A DNA stretch of 22,421 bases, taken from assembly GCA_051532055.1 (NCBI GenBank), contig JAOPTX010000090.1, forward strand, positions 366 through 22,786, in the 5' to 3' direction. The translations under genes were made by a program, and so were the position numbers. This stretch comes from Fibrobacterales bacterium (GTDB taxonomy: Bacteria > Fibrobacterota > Fibrobacteria > Fibrobacterales > JAOPTW01). The stretch's first letter is position 1. The number at the start of each line of letters is the position of its first letter. Positions 17,408-22,421 of this stretch are shown here, piece by piece. The notes beneath the pieces are model-generated. The model searched no databases. It saw only the letters and a list, made by a program, of their open reading frames with translations, and was not told the DNA's origin.

Positions 17408-18451
17408 CTACTTTTTTGTATCAAAACGATGGTTATTAGACCATCGTACTAATGACAGCATAATAGGAACTTCAATTAAAACACCAACTACTGTAACCAA
17501 TGATGCACCTGAGTCAAGCCCGAACAGTGCAATTGCTACCGCAACAGCGAGTTCAAAAAAGTTACTTGCACCAATCATTGCAGAAGGTGACACGATGGTA
17601 TGGGGGAGTTTAAGAACACAGCCAAACTTCCACGTGAGGAAAAATATTAAATAGGTCTGGATTGTGAGAGGGATAGCAATCAACAATATATGAAAGGGAT
17701 TATCAAGGATTTTATCTCCCTGAAATGCAAAGAGCAATACAAGTGTTGATAAAAGCGCAATGATGGATACAGGCTTTAGTTTCGGTAAAAATACATTGGT
17801 AAACCACTCCTCGCCATACGCTTTAATCAATACACGATTTGTTAAAAAACCTGCAACAAGAGGAATAACAACAAACACAACAACCGATGTGAGCAGTGTA
17901 TCAAATGGAATCGCAATATCTGAAATACCTAAAAGAAATGTAACGAGGGGAATAAATGCAATCAATATGATTAAGTCATTTATAGATACCTGTGAAAGAG
18001 TATAATTAGCGTCACCTTTGGTCAAATACGACCATACAAATACCATTGCAGTACACGGTGCAGCACCAAGTAATATTGCCCCCGCAATATATTCCTTCGC
18101 AAGCTCTGGTGAAACCCATGCGGAATAGATATTCGAAAAGAACAACCACGCGAATAGCGCCATAGAGAACGGCTTCACAAGCCAGTTCATAATTACGGTA
18201 ACACTCAAGCCTTTTACATAGTGAGATGCTTCACCAGCCTTGCTAAAATCAATTTGGACCATCATTGGATAGATCATAGCCCACACCAAAAGAGCGACGG
18301 GTATATTTATGGTGTTAAATTCTAAACTACTTATAACCTTAATTGAGTCGCCGGCTATGGCACCAATACCAATGCCAACAACAATTGAAAGTATCACCCA
18401 TACTGTCAGATACCGTTCAAAAAAGCCTATTCCTTCATTTGTATCGCTCAC
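17408..18451 (-). CDS. acr3: ACR3 family arsenite efflux transporter
   Basis: FFERYLTVW, MIYPMM, MNWLVKPFSM, GAAPCTAMVFVWS (conserved Cys), GASNFFELAVAVAI, VGVLIEVP; GTG start with GGAG RBS. Confidence 0.95.
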   Translation of the reverse strand: MSDTNEGIGFFERYLTVWVILSIVVGIGIGAIAGDSIKVISSLEFNTINIPVALLVWAMIYPMMVQIDFSKAGEASHYVKGLSVTVIMNWLVKPFSMALFAWLFFSNIYSAWVSPELAKEYIAGAILLGAAPCTAMVFVWSYLTKGDANYTLSQVSINDLIILIAFIPLVTFLLGISDIAIPFDTLLTSVVVFVVIPLVAGFLTNRVLIKAYGEEWFTNVFLPKLKPVSIIALLSTLVLLFAFQGDKILDNPFHILLIAIPLTIQTYLIFFLTWKFGCVLKLPHTIVSPSAMIGASNFFELAVAVAIALFGLDSGASLVTVVGVLIEVPIMLSLVRWSNNHRFDTKK

Positions 18452-18463
18452 ATTCTTCTCCTT

Positions 18464-18796
18464 TTATTCACAATTAAATATGTTTGAATTATTACATGTA
18501 CCCAGAAATGCATAGAGTTCTGTAGAGTTATTCTTTATTTTTTTACTGTCGAGACAGTAACTTATTTTAGAGCCCTGTATAATTCCTTTCACCCATCCTG
18601 CAGCTTTCAATTCGTTTAAATGTTGCGCTACGGTGCTCCTCCCTAAAGGAAGGTGTTTTGAAATATCACCACTAAAGCAAGAGTTTTGCTCTGCTAAAAA
18701 CTCCAAAATAGCGATGCGAGCAGGATGAGAAAGAAGCTTCCCTGTAGCCGCCGCCCTCTGAAGTCGAGCAGTAAATTTATCAATTTTTGATTCCAT
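18464..18796 (-). CDS. arsR: ArsR/SmtB family metalloregulatory repressor
   Basis: KLLSHPARIAIL, CFSGDISKHLPLGRSTVAQHLNELKAAGWVKG, SYCLD; directly upstream of acr3. Confidence 0.9.
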   Translation of the reverse strand: MESKIDKFTARLQRAAATGKLLSHPARIAILEFLAEQNSCFSGDISKHLPLGRSTVAQHLNELKAAGWVKGIIQGSKISYCLDSKKIKNNSTELYAFLGTCNNSNIFNCE

Positions 18797-18803
18797 ATTT
18801 GCG

Positions 18804-18838
18804 TCGTATGCTCACGTTGTTGTCGTATACATACGACA
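18804..18838. promoter_or_regulatory. Putative tandem ArsR operators
   Basis: Palindrome TGTCGTAT-ac-ATACGACA (18821-18838) plus an imperfect copy TCGT-N6-ACGT (18804-18817). Both lie between the -10 box and the arsR ATG. Confidence 0.7.
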
Positions 18839-18839
18839 T

Positions 18840-18868
18840 AATATATAATTACTTGTGGCCCTCTACAA
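18840..18868 (-). promoter_or_regulatory. Putative arsR promoter
   Basis: Minus strand: TTGTAG (18868-18863), 17-nt spacer, TATATT (18845-18840). The predicted +1 falls inside the palindrome. Confidence 0.55.
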
Positions 18869-18955
18869 TAGTCTTGCCCCATAGCTTCACATCTATTACA
18901 ACTTGTAATTAAACTATGACGGCGGAAAAGATTTTAATCTAATTCAGCTATTATT

Positions 18956-18970
18956 TATTGTAATTCAATA
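18956..18970. promoter_or_regulatory. Putative operator of the XRE regulator (TATTG-N5-CAATA)
   Basis: Short palindrome 60 nt upstream of the DUF2975 start. The context is AT-rich, so it could be chance. Confidence 0.4.
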
Positions 18971-19030
18971 TATTTTATCCGCAAAACACTATTTTATATA
19001 TATTTATTCCAACGATACACGAGGATACCC

Positions 19031-19540
19031 ATGAAATATTTAGGTGAAAATTCACTCTCATCATTCTTAAGCGGACTATTACGAGTCTCTTGGCACATAA
19101 CAATAGCCTGTACCATTTTTATTGTCACAATACTCTCCATAATACTATTTGTACCACCGGTTACTGATGCTGAAGCAACAGGATTTTCTCAAGCAAACTA
19201 CCTATTTTTTCAAGAAATTAAAAATGATCAGGACGTTGTTGAAATCCACAGTCTACCGATGATTGCAAAAATATTTATACTTCCTTATATTATCACTGTC
19301 GTCATACTCTTACTCAACATTATTCGGCGGGCCCACAGGTTCTTTTTAAACCTCAAGCACGATATCATATTCGACCCCGGTAATGTAACCCTACTTAGGG
19401 TACTCAGTAAACTTGTAATAGTATTCTCCATTATAACATTCAGTTTTTCCTCATTACTTTTGGGCTTAATACTCTTTATTGTATGTGAAATTTTTAAAAA
19501 CGGAACAGTCTTGCAAGAAGAGCATGACTATACTGTATAA
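19031..19540 (+). CDS. DUF2975 domain membrane protein
   Basis: Several TM helices; FFLNLKHDIIFDPGNVTLLR; C-terminal EIFKNGTVLQEEHDYTV typical of DUF2975; GAGG RBS; precedes a YozG-like HTH gene. Confidence 0.85.
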   Translation: MKYLGENSLSSFLSGLLRVSWHITIACTIFIVTILSIILFVPPVTDAEATGFSQANYLFFQEIKNDQDVVEIHSLPMIAKIFILPYIITVVILLLNIIRRAHRFFLNLKHDIIFDPGNVTLLRVLSKLVIVFSIITFSFSSLLLGLILFIVCEIFKNGTVLQEEHDYTV

Positions 19541-19552
19541 GCGAGACCAGCT

Positions 19553-19768
19553 ATGAGTATTATATTCAGACTTGACAGAGTAATGGCAGACCGCAAAATT
19601 TCTCTCGGAGAACTTGCGAAAAGAATCGAGCTAACCAATTCAAATCTCTCCATTTTTAAAACGGGTAAGGCACGAGCCGTACGCATAGAGACACTCAACG
19701 CGCTCTGCAGAGAGCTTAACTGTCAACCAGGCGACATTCTTGAATTCACCTCTGATGAGGAAGAATAA
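19553..19768 (+). CDS. XRE/Cro-C1 family transcriptional regulator (YozG-like, HTH_26)
   Basis: IIFRLDRVMADRKISLGELA, NLSIFKTGKARAVRIETLNALCRELNCQPGDILEF. Confidence 0.9.
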   Translation: MSIIFRLDRVMADRKISLGELAKRIELTNSNLSIFKTGKARAVRIETLNALCRELNCQPGDILEFTSDEEE

Positions 19769-19812
19769 ACAAATTTAACAACAACTAACATTCACATTTA
19801 AAGGATACTATA

Positions 19813-20508
19813 ATGAAAGCATTTTCATGTTTTAAATTAATGCATATTTCGAACGATACCAATCAAATACTCCTCATATCAATTCTACTCATTTCAACTG
19901 TAGCATGGTCAAATGACACCCAATGGAATGAAGAAGTGTCGGATAATAAAAAAACAGTAATAACCTGGAGTATCACAGAAAGAACTGATAGCAATGGAGA
20001 GACCGGCCCTGTAATAGAATACACCGCAGTGACTGTCGATAGCCTCAATATACGACAGTGTATTTTGACAATGAAAGATGTGTCAAATCACAAAATAATC
20101 TTTGAAAAGGAGGAAAGTAAAATTATTAAAACCCTTTCTGAAAATAAGTGGATAGTGTACCTCTATAACGATTCTCCGTGGCCACTCTCTGATTTTGACA
20201 TGGTTAATACAATGACTTTTACCATTGATTCAACAGGCAATCAAGCATCATTTCACTTGCAGGCCACCCCCACTCAGTATAAAATGATACCAGATGTGAA
20301 TCGTCAAAAAGAATACAGCGTCACCTATCAATTCAGAGACCTAAAAGATGGGCGCGTAGAAATCACGACTCGTGCCAAGATGGTGCCCCCAATTTCAGTA
20401 CCAATTTGGATGATAAATGCCGCCTTCCCTGGAGCAGAATTTGATATGATCGATCGATTTATAGAGTTAGTAAATCAAGCGCAGATTGAGATTGTTAATG
20501 CAAAGTAA
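19813..20508 (+). CDS. START/SRPBCC-like ligand-binding protein, probably exported
   Basis: VYLYNDSPWPLSDFD (START PWP motif), YQFRDLKDGRVEIT, VPIWMINA. Hydrophobic N-terminal stretch ending AWS suggests a signal peptide. Confidence 0.7.
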   Translation: MKAFSCFKLMHISNDTNQILLISILLISTVAWSNDTQWNEEVSDNKKTVITWSITERTDSNGETGPVIEYTAVTVDSLNIRQCILTMKDVSNHKIIFEKEESKIIKTLSENKWIVYLYNDSPWPLSDFDMVNTMTFTIDSTGNQASFHLQATPTQYKMIPDVNRQKEYSVTYQFRDLKDGRVEITTRAKMVPPISVPIWMINAAFPGAEFDMIDRFIELVNQAQIEIVNAK

Positions 20509-20556
20509 CGCGTTGTCAATATCGCATGTGTTCATTCTATTTACAAGGAGACACTG

Positions 20557-21531
20557 ATGAAAGCAGTTGTATGTACAAAATACGGTGCACCTGAAGTACT
20601 TACAATCCAAGATGTACCGAAACCTTCACCAAAACCAAATGAAGTTTTGATCAAAATCGTAGCAACAACAGTCTCATCAGCTGATTGCAGGGTGCGGAGC
20701 TTTAATGTTCCCCTTTCATTTTGGCTACCTGCAAAATTAGTTCTCGGATTGTTTCGACCCCGTAAAAATATTCTTGGCATCGAGTGTGCAGGGATTATTG
20801 AATCAATAGGAGAATCAGTGACCCGCTTCAAAAAGGGGGATCAAGTATTTGCCTTTCCTGGACATTATGCCTTTGGTACTTATGCTGAGTACACCACAAT
20901 TGATCAGAATGGAAATATTGCATGCATTCCCAATAACACTAATTATAACGAAGCGGCAAGCCTAAATCTAGGTGGACAAACAGCCCTTACATTTCTTCGC
21001 AAAGCTGGCATTTCTCAAGGTAAAAATATTTTAATATATGGAGCATCCGGAAGTGTCGGATCAGCTGCAGTTCAGATTGCAAAATCTTATGGCCTCAACG
21101 TAACCGGTGTATGTAGCAGTGGAAACCTTGATTTGGTCACATCTCTCGGTGCAGATAGTGTAATCGATTACACCACCCATGATTTTACACAAATGGGAGG
21201 TGCCTATGATATCATTTTTGATACTGTCGGCAAAACAAAACCATCGAACTGCATAAAAGTTCTTACCCAAAAAGGTGTTTACCTCCAGACTGTCTCGCCA
21301 CCCGCTCACAGTATTAAAATGTTCTGCTACACCCTCTTTACAAGAAAACGATGTATTGGTGGGTCATTTCATCCAAAACCCGAAGACATGCTCACCATCA
21401 AAGAACTTGTTGAAGCGGAACAATTAAAACCTATTATAGACAGCTATTATCCCTTAGAACAGATTGTGGAAGCTCATAGACGTGCTGACACAGGACGCAA
21501 GAAAGGGAATATTGTAATCACACTATCTTAG
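20557..21531 (+). CDS. NAD(P)-dependent MDR-family oxidoreductase (quinone reductase-like)
   Basis: MKAVVCTKYGAPEVL, EVLIKIVATTV, ILGIECAG, YAEY, ILIYGASGSVG, LGADSVIDY, AHRRADTGRKKGNIVI; AAGGAG RBS. Confidence 0.92.
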   Translation: MKAVVCTKYGAPEVLTIQDVPKPSPKPNEVLIKIVATTVSSADCRVRSFNVPLSFWLPAKLVLGLFRPRKNILGIECAGIIESIGESVTRFKKGDQVFAFPGHYAFGTYAEYTTIDQNGNIACIPNNTNYNEAASLNLGGQTALTFLRKAGISQGKNILIYGASGSVGSAAVQIAKSYGLNVTGVCSSGNLDLVTSLGADSVIDYTTHDFTQMGGAYDIIFDTVGKTKPSNCIKVLTQKGVYLQTVSPPAHSIKMFCYTLFTRKRCIGGSFHPKPEDMLTIKELVEAEQLKPIIDSYYPLEQIVEAHRRADTGRKKGNIVITLS

Positions 21532-21594
21532 GATTTGTATAAGAAACTGGTATCACACTATTTGAGCCGAACACCAAATACGTGACATTAGTAT

Positions 21595-21622
21595 TTTACA
21601 TCCTATTGCCTATGAGTATAAT
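21595..21622 (+). promoter_or_regulatory. Putative sigma70 promoter of the RNB gene
   Basis: TTTACA (21595-21600), 16-nt spacer, TATAAT (21617-21622). Confidence 0.45.
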
Positions 21623-21694
21623 CGAGTACTCTATAGAGATTCCCTTAATTAATGTATATTACTACTCAATTAATACCATACAAGCGTAATCCAT

Positions 21695-22421
21695 ATGAGT
21701 GAGAGCAATACAGACTTTTCCATGAACAATCTCGTTATATACCGAGAAAAAGCCGCAATAATCACTTCAATTGGAGACAAAATAGAGATTAAGCTCGCTA
21801 CAGGAAAAACAGTAAAAGTTCGCCCTAAAGACATCAACATACTACACCCAGGGCCCCTATCAAACTTTTCTCAACTGACACTTGCTGTTACAAACGATAT
21901 CAACGAGATTCGAGAACTATTGGATGGAGAAACCACATCTCTCGATGAGCTCATGGACCTAATGTATGAACAAAATACTCCTGCAGCAGCATGGGCAGTC
22001 TATACGCTTCTTCAGGATGGTCTCTATTTTACAGGCACCCTTGACTGTATCACTCCTACAACACAAGATGAATACGAAACGGAGTTTAACCGCCGGAACG
22101 CCAAAGCTACAGAAAAAATTGCTTGGACCGAATTTATAGAAAGAGTTCGTCAAAAAACAATCATCGAATCTGACCACGAAACACTCCAGTCTGTTATAGA
22201 TGTCGCCTATGGAAAAAGCCCCAATTCAAAAATATTAAAAGAACTCGCTATTGAAAACACACCAGAAAACGCACACAACCTATTACTTAACCTTAACGTT
22301 TGGGATCATACAGTCAATCCCTATATTAAGCGATTTGGATTTACGACAGACATTACATACCCCGAAGTTAGTGATCTACCTGAGGAAGAACGACTCGATC
22401 TTACCCATTTAGAGGCCTATG
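21695..22421 (+). CDS. RNB-domain exoribonuclease (RNase II family), 5' part; runs off the right edge
   Basis: Not in the ORF track. Read by hand from ATG 21695 (alternative 21722): LVIYREKAAIITSIGDKIEI...KVRPKDINILHPGP...TPENAHNLLL...NPYIKRFG...ERLDLTHLEAY. The last motif matches the RxDLT entry into the RNB domain. Confidence 0.85.
   Translation, partial: MSESNTDFSMNNLVIYREKAAIITSIGDKIEIKLATGKTVKVRPKDINILHPGPLSNFSQLTLAVTNDINEIRELLDGETTSLDELMDLMYEQNTPAAAWAVYTLLQDGLYFTGTLDCITPTTQDEYETEFNRRNAKATEKIAWTEFIERVRQKTIIESDHETLQSVIDVAYGKSPNSKILKELAIENTPENAHNLLLNLNVWDHTVNPYIKRFGFTTDITYPEVSDLPEEERLDLTHLEAY

Noticed and set aside
1779..22177. Remaining short track ORFs nested in or antisense to the main CDSs
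   Set aside because: They overlap well-supported genes and lack recognisable motifs.
1..22421. CRISPR arrays, tRNA/rRNA genes, retron/DGR reverse transcriptase, IS elements, defence systems
   Set aside because: No regularly spaced repeats, RNA-gene signatures, or RT, transposase or nuclease motifs were seen. The domain copies are similar only at the protein level, unlike a DGR TR/VR pair.

Overview
AT-rich bacterial chromosomal window, probably Fibrobacterota. The taxon is inferred from a TIGR02147/DUF4423 gene and from lipoproteins with poly-Ser linkers. The left two-thirds is mostly cell-envelope genes: a partial acidic low-complexity protein, a lipid-anchored GH5 glycoside hydrolase, and a TIGR02147 HTH gene coupled to a large lipoprotein. 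It also holds a DinB-family gene, a TonB-dependent receptor / DUF4249-like lipoprotein / MORN-variant lipoprotein operon, three more orphan lipoproteins, and a REC-REC protein with a degenerate GGDEF domain. The right end holds a minimal arsR-acr3 operon with operator and terminator, a DUF2975-XRE-START-MDR oxidoreductase cluster, and the 5' part of an RNase II (RNB) gene. The most novel-looking signals are: (i) an unnamed ~210-260 aa Cys-containing domain found three times across two lipoproteins; (ii) an apparently leaderless TIGR02147 regulator overlapping the gene with two of those copies; (iii) a 10-Cys extension on the TBDR partner lipoprotein; (iv) dense D-[S/T]-hydrophobic motifs in exported proteins. 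No rRNA, tRNA, CRISPR array, transposase or integrase was seen. All family calls come from motif recognition by eye; no searches were run.
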